A stretch of DNA of 64,000 nucleotides from NCBI GenBank assembly GCA_030295235.1, contig AP026141.1, forward strand, positions 186,001 to 250,000. Reading direction: 5' to 3'. Every line of letters begins with the position of its first letter. Within the stretch, counting starts at the first letter, position 1. The notes below the pieces were generated by a model, which ran no database searches, was not told where the DNA came from, and saw nothing but the letters and a program-made list of their open reading frames with translations. Of this stretch, positions 14,209 to 26,100 are shown piece after piece. This stretch comes from Fistulifera solaris. Lineage: Eukaryota. A program made the position numbers and the translations under genes.

Positions 14209-15300
14209 ATGAGTGATTCAAACAAACAAGAACCATTTGTATCTGTCGTTCTCATAGGATGCGGATGCCCGAAACGATCTATGGGTTGGTATCACGCGAT
14301 GCAAATCGTCGATCAACGCGTTCTCGGCGCTCGTTTGCAACACGTGGTAGAACCCTATTACATGTCGGCTACAGTGAACGAGCCAGTCTTTCAGGAATGG
14401 CGTCAGCAGATGGAATCACGAGGAGTGATCTTTCATGAAAGCGTGACGACAGTACCGCCCTGTCAGGAACGTCGATTGACGATCTTCAGTGCACGGACCG
14501 CCGACAATCCAGCGTTGGTGCACGCGTATTTGCAGCAGCAACACACACAGCAACAACAACAAATTATCTTTTTGGAAAAACCCGGTGCGCCGTCCGTGGC
14601 GCAATTGCAAGACATGCAACAAGAAGCCGCTCGTGTCGGCATTCCCATCTATATGGGGTTTAACAAAAATGTCAGTTCGTACGTGCAACACGCCCGGACT
14701 ATGGCCGGTCATATAACGTTTGTACACAACAACAGCTACACACCCGACGGATTACCGGAATGCTTTGAACGGAATGCGGAAGGTATGCTTTCGAATATGG
14801 CCATTCATGAATTGGCCCTCTGTGTCACCTATTTTGGTGTCAAAGTCGATTCCATTGCGCACGTGAAAGTCGACAAGGCACACTCGTCGTGTGAGGCGTT
14901 GATTGGTCCGGCGTCGGGAAAGCCGTTTACGGATTTTCGTTCCCTCCAATTTACTATTGAAACCAAGGATGGTCAGAAAGTGTCGATTGCCGCCGATCGG
15001 TGTGGTGGTGATGACTCGGTGGCGATTGTGACCAACGCCGCCGGTGAGGAGGTGGCCCGTTTTACCATGCCCGACGAAGCCACGGTATCCAATATTCCTA
15101 ATCTGCAGCAACAGTATGGAAAGGATACTATGCCGTACTTTTTCGCACAAGATCCCGATTACTTGCGCTTAAAACAGTTGTTGGTGAATTACTTGCTGGA
15201 CGGTTCTTCGTTGGAGGGAGTGGCCACCATTGATGTCGCGATTGAATCATTGAAAGTAGCCGAATATTTGACTCCAATTCTTCAAGAGCAATTGAAGTAA
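14209..15300 (+). CDS. Gfo/Idh/MocA-family NAD(P)-dependent oxidoreductase
   Basis: VVLIGCG...MGWYH, FLEKPG (EKP motif), MGFNK, NMAIHELAL. Likely start MSDSNKQ at 14209. Confidence 0.8.
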   Translation: MSDSNKQEPFVSVVLIGCGCPKRSMGWYHAMQIVDQRVLGARLQHVVEPYYMSATVNEPVFQEWRQQMESRGVIFHESVTTVPPCQERRLTIFSARTADNPALVHAYLQQQHTQQQQQIIFLEKPGAPSVAQLQDMQQEAARVGIPIYMGFNKNVSSYVQHARTMAGHITFVHNNSYTPDGLPECFERNAEGMLSNMAIHELALCVTYFGVKVDSIAHVKVDKAHSSCEALIGPASGKPFTDFRSLQFTIETKDGQKVSIAADRCGGDDSVAIVTNAAGEEVARFTMPDEATVSNIPNLQQQYGKDTMPYFFAQDPDYLRLKQLLVNYLLDGSSLEGVATIDVAIESLKVAEYLTPILQEQLK

Positions 15301-15699
15301 CAAGTTTTAACCATGATTTACATGCGCAAGGCACTTTTCGATCCTTCCCGTTCAAATGCACTATAGCGTCAAAATGGAAACTAGACTAGTTATTTCACCT
15401 GGACTAGATTTGGTCACGATATTTGTATTATTGTAAACGTCTTTTCCTGGCGACCCACTTTCTTTGACGAATTTCAGGACTGTAGGCAGAATTTCTGTAT
15501 GACGCAATAAACCGATTTTAGAATTGATGGAATGAATTAGGAAAAGATGTCCTCTAAAACCCAAACACCGATTCCAGAATTTCTGGAACATGCACAAGAT
15601 CTCTGTTGGACGCAAGGCACCTAATCCAGAATATCTGGAAAACGCACCGAACTTCTGTTTGAACGAAAATCGCCGAGTACAGAATTTCTGGACTACAGG

Positions 15700-16449
15700 C
15701 AGAATTTCTGTCTCATTACAATAATAGATCTAAAGCTAACTATGCTCTCACTTTGGAATTTTGCGCAATTGCGATTTCAGGGAGACACGGGAACGCACCT
15801 CTGCTTGGTACATTTTTCTACGGGAGCCTACGTGAGTGTACACTTTTTCCCGAACCTTCCAGCCGGCAACGTCTTCGAGTCCTGACAATCATGTTTTTAC
15901 TATCATCCAAACAGTTGGTTGTACCAATCCACGACTGGATTTCTGTCATGTGACTTCAATCCTCTTGTACATGCAGCCTGCAGCGCGAATTTTTTGTCTT
16001 TTCCGCGTTTGATTATAGTCTCATTACAATGATACTTTTGCGCTCTCACCTTGGAATTTCGCGCAATTGCGATTTCAGCCGGCAACGTCTTCGAGTCCTG
16101 ACAATCATGTTTGTACTATGATCCAAACAGTTGGTTGTACCAATCCACGACTGGATTTCTGTCATGTGACTTCAATCCTCTTGTACATGCAGCCTGCAGC
16201 GCGATTTTTTGGCTTTTTTCGCGTTTGATTATAGTCTCATTACAATGATACTTTTGCGCTCTCACCTTGGAATTTCGCGCAATTGCGATTTCAGCCGGCA
16301 ACGTCTTCGAGTCCTGACAATCATGTTTTTACTATGATCCAAACAGTTGGTTGTACCAATCCACGACTGGATTTCAGTCATGAGACTGCGTCGATCCTTC
16401 AGCGCGACAAAAAGCTCCCCGCTGGGGCTTGCCTGCCGCAGGCGGCTAG
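15700..16449 (+). mobile_element. Non-autonomous Helitron-like element A (3' end clear, 5' end undefined, may extend to about 15460)
   Basis: Ends AAAAAGCTCCCCGCTGGGGCTTGCCTGCCGCAGGCGGCTAG|T (hairpins plus CTAG followed by T). This end is homologous to that of the element at 40334-40815. Contains an internal minisatellite. Confidence 0.7.
15860..16385. repeat. Tandem repeat with 216-bp unit, about 2.4 near-identical copies plus a diverged partial copy at about 15710-15780
   Basis: CAGCCGGCAACGTCTTCGAGTCCTGACAATC recurs at 15860, 16076 and 16292. Confidence 0.95.
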
Positions 16450-16758
16450 TTAAAAAATAAATATGGTGGATTATTTGTCTTATGAGCACGATTATAACGT
16501 TCACTTTCCAGATAATTCGGAACCTTATGCGGATGGCGATAGGCCCCAATAAGATAAGTGACGACTGAGGTTGAGGTAGAATTGAGTCATGAGTCGCCAA
16601 AGCGATAATTCTTTCCCATCGCATATCGCATCGCGTTTGGATCGATTTTCGAGTTATGTTGTCGCTTTTCTGCTTATTATTGCTTTCAACATAAATACTC
16701 TTACTTATTTCTTATTATTATTTCATATTTTGAAGGTTCAAACAACGAGAGAAAGAGT

Positions 16759-18512
16759 ATGTCAGTGACTAGCGATTTGAGATGGAAAATTGACAAGCTA
16801 TTGCGTGTGAGAACGCCTTTGTACGAGACGGAACGGATCCTCATTGCTTTGTTATTATGGACCCGTACGAATGACTACGCTGACCTTTGGGACGTTCATC
16901 CTCATCTAATACCGTGGCTAGTACAATGGGCTCAAAGATCGTCTTTGTCGCCACTCTTGGGGAGACTCCTGGCGCAAGTCTATTTGCATGCCGATGGGAG
17001 CGAAACGAAATTTGGACCTTTGGGGAAAATATTGTGGGATACTTGGAAAAGCAGCGGTGGGATGATTTCAGATGTTCCAGCTGCCGTTTATAAGTGGCTT
17101 GAGCAGGAGAAAGATCGAGATGAGTTCCTGCGAGAACTTGTTGTACGTCGTTTGATTTTTTCGAACCGAATGAGTGAGGATGAGGAATCGAATGACTGTA
17201 ACACCGATATCCAGGATAGCGAAGCAGTCTTTCAAGAGACATTTAAACAGCTACTAAATCAGAATACTAGTCCGAGCGTATCGAGTCAGGAATGGGCATC
17301 TCTATTTTGGAATGACGAAAGAGGAAAGATTTCTTTCTGGACTCCTTTGCTACAGCGGTGGATCGAAAGCGAGAACGACGAGACTTTGAAAAGTGAGGAG
17401 CAACCACTGAAGCGTATTTGGGCCACCGTTCTATTAGAAACGGTCATGAAACACTTGTCTGATAAAGATGTTAGGATGGACTGGCAAGTGGACGACGACG
17501 TGGCACGAACGTACGCCAAATTTCTGATGGTGTGTATCGTAGATCCGAACGATGCCCACGACTCGTCTCTGCGGACCCTTGCCTGGTCCTCCCTGGCCAT
17601 GTCTATCCAGGCCAGTGGATGGAACTGGCTATTGCATTCATCTGTCACCAGTCGGCTAGGGAAGGCGCATAGTATGTGCACATTCATTCGACTAGCCGCG
17701 GGGGAATGGAAGATTCAGCTCGAACGAGCTCTGCAAGAAGCAACGCTCGCAGAAGAGACGAGGATCATACTACAGACTTGTGCTCAGATCATTGCCGACG
17801 GGCTCACGTATTTACAGCAAATCGCATCGGACGAGGACGTCATGTCGAACTCATTTTCACCAGAAGCATCGCTTCATTTGCGGAGGTCTATGGAAGAAGC
17901 GATGCACACGATAGTTGAATTCTTGACAACAGAAGATGCTGTCAAGTTACCAGACATTTTGAAAACGGCGGTTCGTAACTTTGGTCCTTTTTGACGGAAT
18001 GGGACGTGTTTCTGGAAAGAAATGCGGACACATTGCTGCATGCTCTGGCAATCTCCGTCGACTTCTGCAAAGACGACTTAGCCGTGCAGAATGCTTTATT
18101 AGCCGGCCTGACAACAGTTCTAGCATCTAGTGAAGGTGATGGTTCTAGAATAGATGCACTAAATCAGTTTCATTTGCTAGGTCACCGATTGGAAGATTTC
18201 TTGGTTTCGTGTTTTGATCAAATTGGCCATGGTGGCGAAGTCAGTCAGCAAGAGGGAGCGCTGCAGTGGTGCAGTCAGGTTATTGATTTGTGGACCTCTA
18301 TGACTGAAACGCGCAATATCTCCAGAGTACTTTCGTCTGTCCGGTCATGTCTAGAACGTTCGCTAGCAAAACAACAAAACGGAATTGACTTGGATCTTTC
18401 TAGCCTTGCTTTATGTTACATCACCCTACAAGGGGATGTTCCGCCGAGCGATGAAGATGCGGCGCTTTTACAAATAGCGTTCGAAAGAGCGCAGCTAAAT
18501 ATTAAGTCGTAG
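16759..18512 (+). CDS. Neurochondrin-like alpha-helical repeat protein; apparent frameshift near 17990
   Basis: Two abutting ORFs are joined by adding one T in the T-run (NFGPFLTEWD). N-terminal ETERILIALLL and TFIRLAAGEWKIQLE resemble neurochondrin family segments. Confidence 0.55.
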
Positions 18513-18551
18513 AGACTGCAAGCCATGTTATTGTTTCCATTTTTACGTTAT

Positions 18552-20211
18552 TTAGTTGGTGGCATTTTGTGAAAAGAAACTTGATCTGCCTTGACCGGGG
18601 TTAGGGCCACCGTGATGACGTGCCGGGGTAGGCTCTGGACCAGCCACGATTCTTTGCACCAAAAGCATCATGGTTAGTCCAGCCATCGGCAGAACCAAGT
18701 TATCATTCTGTGTAGTGTACGCTTCTAGCAATGTTGTAAAGACAATCGATACTATCACAGCAACAATTACCGACCAGTCCAAGTCTTCACGGAGAGTCAA
18801 CGCTATTGCAGCATAGGAGACAAGCATACTCCCTGCCATTGCCAAAGATCCCTCCACAGTACGATAGTAGCCCCATGGTCTTTTTACCGACGAGCTTTCC
18901 TACCACCGCTCCAACCGCATCTCCGACTCCGATCGAGATTACTCCCCACACTCCGACGAACAGTTGCATAATATGCGGTTTCTTCACAGGATAGAGGACT
19001 CTGCTGATCCAAAGGGGTGCCGCGCATCCAAGGAGTAGAGCTAGATGAGAAATGACCATGGTCGAAATTTCGGTTTCTCCCTTACTGGCATCCAAATACT
19101 TTTCAAAAAATTGAGAAACGGGTGGGATGTGCTCACGCACCACTTCCAACAGGACAAGGATGGACGCGCCCACCGCATACGAGAGCGTCTGGAATGCGGG
19201 CGCCGATAACGTGGTCGGTAGGAACAGAAGAACTGCCACGAGGTGGAACCACTTACGAGAAATCGTGACATCCGCCAGATATCGTGATGACAACGGTAGC
19301 AGGACAGCCAGCACCAATCCGTTGTAAATGACCCAGAACGTGGTCGAAAACCCCGTAGAAATGAACTTGTTAACATAGAGCGTCTCTTCCGTTCCTTTCA
19401 AATAGTCTCGAAACCAAGGAAAGGTCTTTTGAGACGGATACTCTTTTAGAAATTTGAAAGCATATTTTCGCAAAGCGACTTCCATCGTCAAATAGGGGAC
19501 AGTGGCAAGGATGACCGAGCGAACCCAAACGGACTTGGATGCCCATCGCGCAAAGGAGAATGCTAGAACACTTCCAACGATACCCGCCATTGCCACCAAA
19601 TCAGACAAAGCCGTTTGGTTGTTGACAATTCGTTTCAATGTCAACTCCGTAGCGCCAATCGAAAACATGGAAGTGACAATCATCCATTCTCCCCACGTAA
19701 AGACTTTTTGCAGAAACGGTGTTTTATGGATTGCGGAATAGGTACTGATCCAGCACGTCAAAAGAGCAAAATATTGGCCAGTTCCCCGTTCGACACACGT
19801 TCCGCATAGACGGTGGGAAGTAGCAAGGTCGCATCCCAGTGTCCCCACGAAAACATGACGAGCGAAATCGTTTGCGCGTAATCTGAAAACTTGTCCCTAT
19901 GCGATTTCGTAAGCATGGCTTCCAACAGGACAGGAACTAGCACAATGGCGGCGGCAACACCGTCTCCGTCGGCGGTGGCAGCCGAACGAAAGAGCTGGGG
20001 ATCGTTTGTCGACGGCAAAGGTAATTTTCCGTTCCATTTTTTCTTCATTGAGCCATCGAATGGCAAAGTGTGCGATGCAAATGTAAGCCGTGTGATTCCA
20101 AGGATCGCGAATCAGTAAGACGATCACCAACAACAGCCAAAGGTACGTTTCGTAGTTGTACAGCAGTCGTTGCTTGGGTGTGCTGATTGCTGCTTCCTCC
20201 GTTGTCGACAT
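18552..20211 (-). CDS. DOLK: Dolichol kinase; several apparent frameshifts (about 20075, 19850, 18880)
   Basis: Multi-pass membrane protein with SRKWFHL, SHLALLLGCAAPLW, GVGDAVGAVVGK, RTVEGS and TTQNDNLVLP (CTP-transferase/dolichol kinase signatures). Confidence 0.88.
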
Positions 20212-20399
20212 GTTTTCCTTTATCCTTATCGCTGTGTGTATACTAGATACGAACACGGGAAATCGATAGCTTCAAGTCGACTTTGTCTTAAGATTCAATA
20301 AATAGATTGATAATGATTGAGTATTGATGATTCATCGCAACATCATTGTCAACAAAAATAAGTCATTCATTTTTTAGATAATAAATTAATTTTACTAGG

Positions 20400-21760
20400 A
20401 TTATTGAATTTTCGACTGAATTTTCGACTGTTTTGTCGCAAATATCTTCTTTTTTTCTTTTTCATTCAGAAACTTCGATTTCTGAGTCACTGTACCGCAG
20501 TTAGTAGTAAAGCGACAAACCTGTCGCCGGTTTCCCCAGTGCGGGAGGATTGCGCTGTGGCGCGCCGTCTCGGATTTCGCAATAACATGCTCACCGATCA
20601 AACCAGCGAAAGACTCAAACGAGATTGGATGAACCCACGAATTTCTGAGTACGGTCTCTTCCATTTCTTTTGAAGCTTTCTTGCAAGTTGGCGTGAGGCC
20701 GCAACAGCTTGTTTACCCATGAGCCCGTCGACAGAAAAAACGCGAGGGCGTGAAATCACGGCGATGGTCCATACAGGGCTTACCGTAAAGTCTTCGTTTC
20801 GAGTTCTTGGGAAGCAAGAACGTTCATTGGCTCGCGATTCTTGTGCCGAAGGCGTCAGTGTCGGTAACGCCGGACGTCAAAGATGGTTGTTTTCCGATCG
20901 CTCCAAAAGCCGTAAGTAGAAATGTCGCCCACGAAGTACTTGTTCTTTTTGTGCGTTCCGATTGTCAGTGCTGTAAGTGTGGATTGTCGGTTCGCTATGC
21001 ATTACTGCTTTTGGGCCATACTTCGCGCACAGAGAGACATGAATTCGTTTTTGACGTCGTCGTGTCGAAGGATGACAAGACCGCCCGTGTTTGCATGTTT
21101 GAGCGTGTTCTACCGAAAAGGTTTGTTGCATCCGTCACACTTCTGGGGAAGTGCTTGGATAGGTAGACCTGCGAATCGCGAAGACTGTCTCGGAACTCAT
21201 CTTTAGACAAATCAGTGTCTGTGAGAGTTTTTGGTCTGACGGAAAGCCAAATTCCTGTCGATTTTGCTCGCAAGAGGCGTCGCTTTTCTTGTTTGCCTTT
21301 TTCGTCGTCCCCTTTTTCAGCGCAAATATCTTTCAAAATTTGGAGTTCGCTAGCGTGGCGACTTGCGGAAGCTGCAGCTCTTCGGTTTTTGCTCGTTCTT
21401 GATGTTGTCGAACGTTTAAATTGAGGTTCTCGAGCAAACTGCCTGAAATGAGCTTTGTTACTTTCTCCGATGTTGAAAAATTATGGCGGCATGTCTCCAT
21501 TGGGTTCCAGATTCCGATACCTGCGGCTTTGGTTCCTAAAGCCAGAATTTTACGCAATTCACCGGTGACAGGCTCTTTTTGTCCAAGGAGCGCGGGGAGA
21601 AAATTGTTTTGAATTGCGGATTCTAGGGGCTCAAATAGCGGTGCAATGCGTGGGATGACTCGCTGGATATACTGCCATTCCATTTGAAGAGAGTGACGAA
21701 AGCCGGAATAGGCGGACTGGGGATATTTCTTGGCGATTCTGTACGTCGTCCGTGTCACGG
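20400..21760 (-). mobile_element. Decayed, 5'-truncated non-LTR retrotransposon with restriction-like endonuclease (CRE-like)
   Basis: Post-RT segment YPQSAYSGF..SLQMEWQYIQRVIP..LALGTKAAGIGIWNP; GIWLSVRP..LSKDEFRDSL; Zn knuckle CDGC..FSVEHAQTCKHG; GDISTYGFW..FDVR; FTP.VFSVDGLMG..YSEIRGFIQSRLSLSL. Contains an in-frame TGA and several non-homopolymer indels. The RT core is absent. Confidence 0.85.
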
Positions 21761-22066
21761 CCGGTCCCCTCCAAACGTCACATCAGTGACTCAACCCTTG
21801 ATCCCCGGGAATGAGATCAAAAATCCGTTTGCGTTTTGAATTTTGTTTCGCAGAAAAAAGGCTCGCGCGGAAACGCACATTTCAATGATCCTTTCATTGA
21901 ATCATCATCATCATTAACGTGTTGCAATCATTGATTTACTTGAATTTTTCACTTGACATTCATATCCACTTGCAGAAGCTTCTCATTTGACGCCTGACGA
22001 CGACTCGAAAGGTTACAGTGTGTTATCCACGAGATCTCATTGTTTCCCCGAAATTGGACCTCGAAC

Positions 22067-22921
22067 ATGACGCACGAGAATCACGACGATTCGACCGAGA
22101 GCACTCCCCGAGCTGATAATCCTAACGCTACAACGAAAGAAATTCCTACTGTGAATGAAATTACTTACGGCTGGGAAGGAGGGCTAGGAAACGATGATGT
22201 GCCCACCTTACTATCCGAATATGATCTTTGGGATCTCATGAGTGCGGACTTCCTGGATGAACATCCCGACATTATCGATTTGAATGACTTGAGTCTTCTT
22301 CCTGCTCAGATACTTGCTTCAGGTTCGCAGATACTCCCAGACGAAGATACGGATGCCTCTACGGAAGTTGCTACGTCCGATGAATCCACACATCGAAGCG
22401 CTTCGCGGAAGCGTCGTAAATCATCGGGTTTCGAAGCGTCGTATCCCCTCAAAAAAGTACCGAAGAACGCGCTCGTTGGGTCCGATTCTGTGCAAATGAA
22501 ACCAATCAAACGGATGATTCATTATCTGCAAGAGACCCGCGACGAGGATCCCAATTTGTACGACACGATCTACAATGTCGTCCAAGAGTGCGAATTACGC
22601 CATCGTCGCCACGAGAACAAATACCGCCATTTGCCGGGTGCCATATTTGAGACGTTGGTCGAAACGATCGGTGGTCCGACCTTTCGCCGTCTCTATACGC
22701 TATCGAAGCAGTTTTCCGGTGATGGCATTCATTTGAACGGAAAAGACGCCGATCCACTCGCTACAAAAGTCGATTCTTCCAACAATGACACGGCTGAGGT
22801 ACCGGTACATGCTTCGATCCGAAGTCCTTTGAAGACAGCTTTCGCCTACGGTTTTCAGAAGGCTGCTGCCATGACAAAAGAGGATTGCGCTCGTTTGAAG
22901 GGAAGACGAAGAGTCTTTTGA
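22067..22921 (+). CDS. Hypothetical protein, possibly nuclear (RKRRK), with a small helical domain; the true 3' end may extend to about 23006 via a frameshift
   Basis: Long ORF with an acidic N-terminus, an NLS-like motif and the segment YDTIYNVVQECELRHRRHENKYRHL...LVETIG. Confidence 0.7.
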   Translation: MTHENHDDSTESTPRADNPNATTKEIPTVNEITYGWEGGLGNDDVPTLLSEYDLWDLMSADFLDEHPDIIDLNDLSLLPAQILASGSQILPDEDTDASTEVATSDESTHRSASRKRRKSSGFEASYPLKKVPKNALVGSDSVQMKPIKRMIHYLQETRDEDPNLYDTIYNVVQECELRHRRHENKYRHLPGAIFETLVETIGGPTFRRLYTLSKQFSGDGIHLNGKDADPLATKVDSSNNDTAEVPVHASIRSPLKTAFAYGFQKAAAMTKEDCARLKGRRRVF

Positions 22922-23119
22922 GAAAGCAAGTCAGGAATGCGAGCGAACAGTCTCCACCATGAGTGACAAACAGCGTAACGCATTCTGGGATCATTTCTAT
23001 CTTTGATTATTTTTTTAAAAAGAAGCTGGACGAAGCCATCAAAGAAAAGAAATGTAATCAAATATAAAATTAACGTTCGAGCCGTATACCCGAACCAATG
23101 ATGCAATTTTATGCTCTCG

Positions 23120-26100
23120 TTAGTCCTCAAACATTTGCGGAGTGCTCTCATTGTCCCAAATAGACACTCCACCATGTGGAATTTCTCCTTTGCAAGTAAA
23201 ACAAGTGCATTTGCGACCTCTTGAGCGTCGGTCACCCAAAAACTCGCGTGTGACGGCTTCTTACCCACGGCAACAGTAAAGCATTTGGTTGGCCGCTCAC
23301 TGGCAGTCCGCGACGAATTCGAAATTGCAATACCTTCCATCAGTGATCCGTCGCCTTTCAAGACAGCTGGGCCCGGTGTAGTGTTCACTTCGTCCCCTTT
23401 TTCAGCAAGGAATGAGAAAACAGAAGTAAACATCTTTTCGTCGGAAATATCGTCTCCAAAACAAGCAACGAAGTCAACCCCCTCGTCAGGCAAACGAGCT
23501 TCAGCGTCGCGGAGGACGTGCTTTAAAACCAAACCTTTATTCATTTTCCGAGGTACCACCTCAACTATGCCTTTTAGGGTGACGAAGCGGACGTCGAAAG
23601 CGCGAAGCTCATTCTCCAACTCGAGTACCAAGTGAGAAGCCTGTAATGAACCCCATTCTGGGTCGCATGAGTAATAAGACCATCCGATACTTGAAGAGGT
23701 GAGCTTTACAAACGACCCATTCGATCGTGCGGTGTATTTTGAGAGCACGGGTAAGGCAACCCTCTTGACAGCATCCCAATCCACGCCAAGATCAAATGTG
23801 AACCATTCTCGACTCGTTTGTCCGTCGTTTATTGGTGGAGAGAACTTGGCACCATTGCTCACAGCTAATCCAAGGCTGTTCAGATGTCCAAGGGCGCTCA
23901 TCACGTTCTCTGACGAGTCGCCTGATACAACATACACCAGATTCTTCGGATCTTTGCTAAGAATAGAAAGGGCTTCAAGAACAGCCGGCGGGGGTTTGTT
24001 TCCACTCGTTCCCAGAATTTCTCGTTTCAGATATTTGCCTGGGGGCTCCTTCAGAACAATTGTTCCGTTGAAATCCAGGAAAATGACTCGGCGGTTTGCA
24101 CAATCGTAGCCCTTCTTGAAATTGTGAATGCTCAAGTGTGCATATGCAATATTATGCTCATGAGCTAAGAAAGAAGCCGTGTTGCTGATTATTTCATTGT
24201 GCGAAGGCATCGGAGTCCCATACGGTGTTGAAACTTGTGAATTCGTTTCACTAACAACTGGACGGCGATTTGTCGCGTCCCTCAAGTCCCTGAGCACGTT
24301 TTTAACCCATTTATCAGATGGACTACTGGATACGAAATCAATGTCACGGTATCGACGGCCTTCGCGCTCTTGCATCGTCATCGTCAAGGCCTTGTCAATC
24401 GTAATGATAGACATCGGAATGTCATACGGGTTGATTCGGAGAGCACCGTTGAGAATTGAACTGACGGCTGAAAATTCAGACGTAATTACAACTCCAGGAA
24501 TTTCAGGTTCTCTGTGAGCGAAGATGTATTCCATTGGCCATAAGTTCAGTCCTTCACGAATTGCCGTGCTCATTAGGATATCACTAGCTCTCCACAATGC
24601 CATTCTTTGGTCCATCGGCAGAGTTGACCCCGAAAATTCTTGGTAGTCTATGACGGCTGGGCCGAACTTTTCCTGGATTCTTTTTACCAGGGCTCGCACT
24701 TCACGGCAAGTAAGGTCTTCGTCGGCCTTTCGCGAGCCTGGAATCAAAAGACGCTCAACCATCACAACGTGCTTCTTCCATGACGGATAGTCTTGGAGCA
24801 ACCTTTCATAAGCAACCAGCTTGAGTGCTGTACCGGACAGCCGCTGCCCAATATCGAGTCCACCTATAATCATACGCCCCTCATGCTTCTTTCTCAAATC
24901 TTCCGCTTCGGCTTTTACAGATGGAAGCATCAAAACAGCATCGACCATACGGGGCTCAAGAGAAACGTTGCTCATCGAAACAAGAACAGTATTTCCTCGA
25001 AAACCCACTCCAATCAGACCTCCTACCAAAGTGTCGTAATTAAGACCCAAAATGCGCTTCGTAGCGGTAAGGAAATGTCGCGCATGGTCGAACGCATGAA
25101 AGCCAATCACATCGGCGTGCAACATGCCTTCGAGGATCTTCTCTCCGAAGTCAAGCTCGCGAAAGACCTGACTGGTGGGGAACGGAATGTGCAAAAGAAC
25201 ACCTTTCGCGTAGCACTGTGGCCAAATTTTTCCACCTCATACTCAGTCAACATCTGTGGCAGCATGGAAAGATGATAATCGTGTACCCAAACAATATCTT
25301 TCGGACGAACCAACGAAGCCATGCGATCGGAGAAGGTGCTGTTTACCTGCAGGTATGCTTTCCACCAATAATCGAGTCGACCTTGGTCCCAATCACTTGC
25401 ACCAATTTTCTTGCCGGGTAGCCAACCGCAGATACTGAGGTCAAGCAGGTCAATGTTATGAAACGCCGGCCAGAGAACCTGCTTACAAAACCCATAATAA
25501 TGAGCATCACGTACAGACTCGTCCAAGAAAATAGGAATGCAGTCCATCCCTTCCAGGATCTTTCGAACAGCTTCTTTGTCAGCCTCTGACTCAAGAGGCG
25601 GATGGGTTGTGACAGTGCCGACCCAGTAGGTTTCAAAATGACTCAAAATCTGTGAACCCTCGGTCTTGGCAAGAATACTTTCACTCCAAGAAGCGTTCCA
25701 TTCTCCACTTGACTCATTCTTGACCACCATGACAGGCAAGTGAAAGCAGATGAAGAAGATGCGGTTGTTTGAGCTGAAAGCAGGAGGAGTGGCCGTTCCT
25801 CCCTTGGCGCTGGCTCTAGTGTCTTCCATGCGGTAGTCTCCTTCATCACTACGGTCAGAAAGCTCTGACAGATGAGGCTGCAGCTTGCGGCGATTTTCTG
25901 CATTCACCTATGAAGCAAAATAAGACAAAATGTAAGTTCTTCGAGCGCCGACTTCAAACAGACTCGCACAAACTTATTTAACGTACCGCATCTCGAATGC
26001 GAAAGGCTCGAAAGCTTAGATCGTCTGCGTTATTCCACCGATCAAGACGACATCCTTCCACATTGTCTTCCTCAAAGACGGGAGATAGACTGTTCACATC

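Noticed and set aside
15903..16301. Two near-identical 60-aa ORFs (MPAEIAIARN...)
   Set aside because: By-products of the tandem repeat, with non-ATG starts and no coding signature.
15860..16385. Possible CRISPR-like array
   Set aside because: The units are 216-bp near-identical tandem copies with no unique spacers, there are no cas genes, and the context is eukaryotic.
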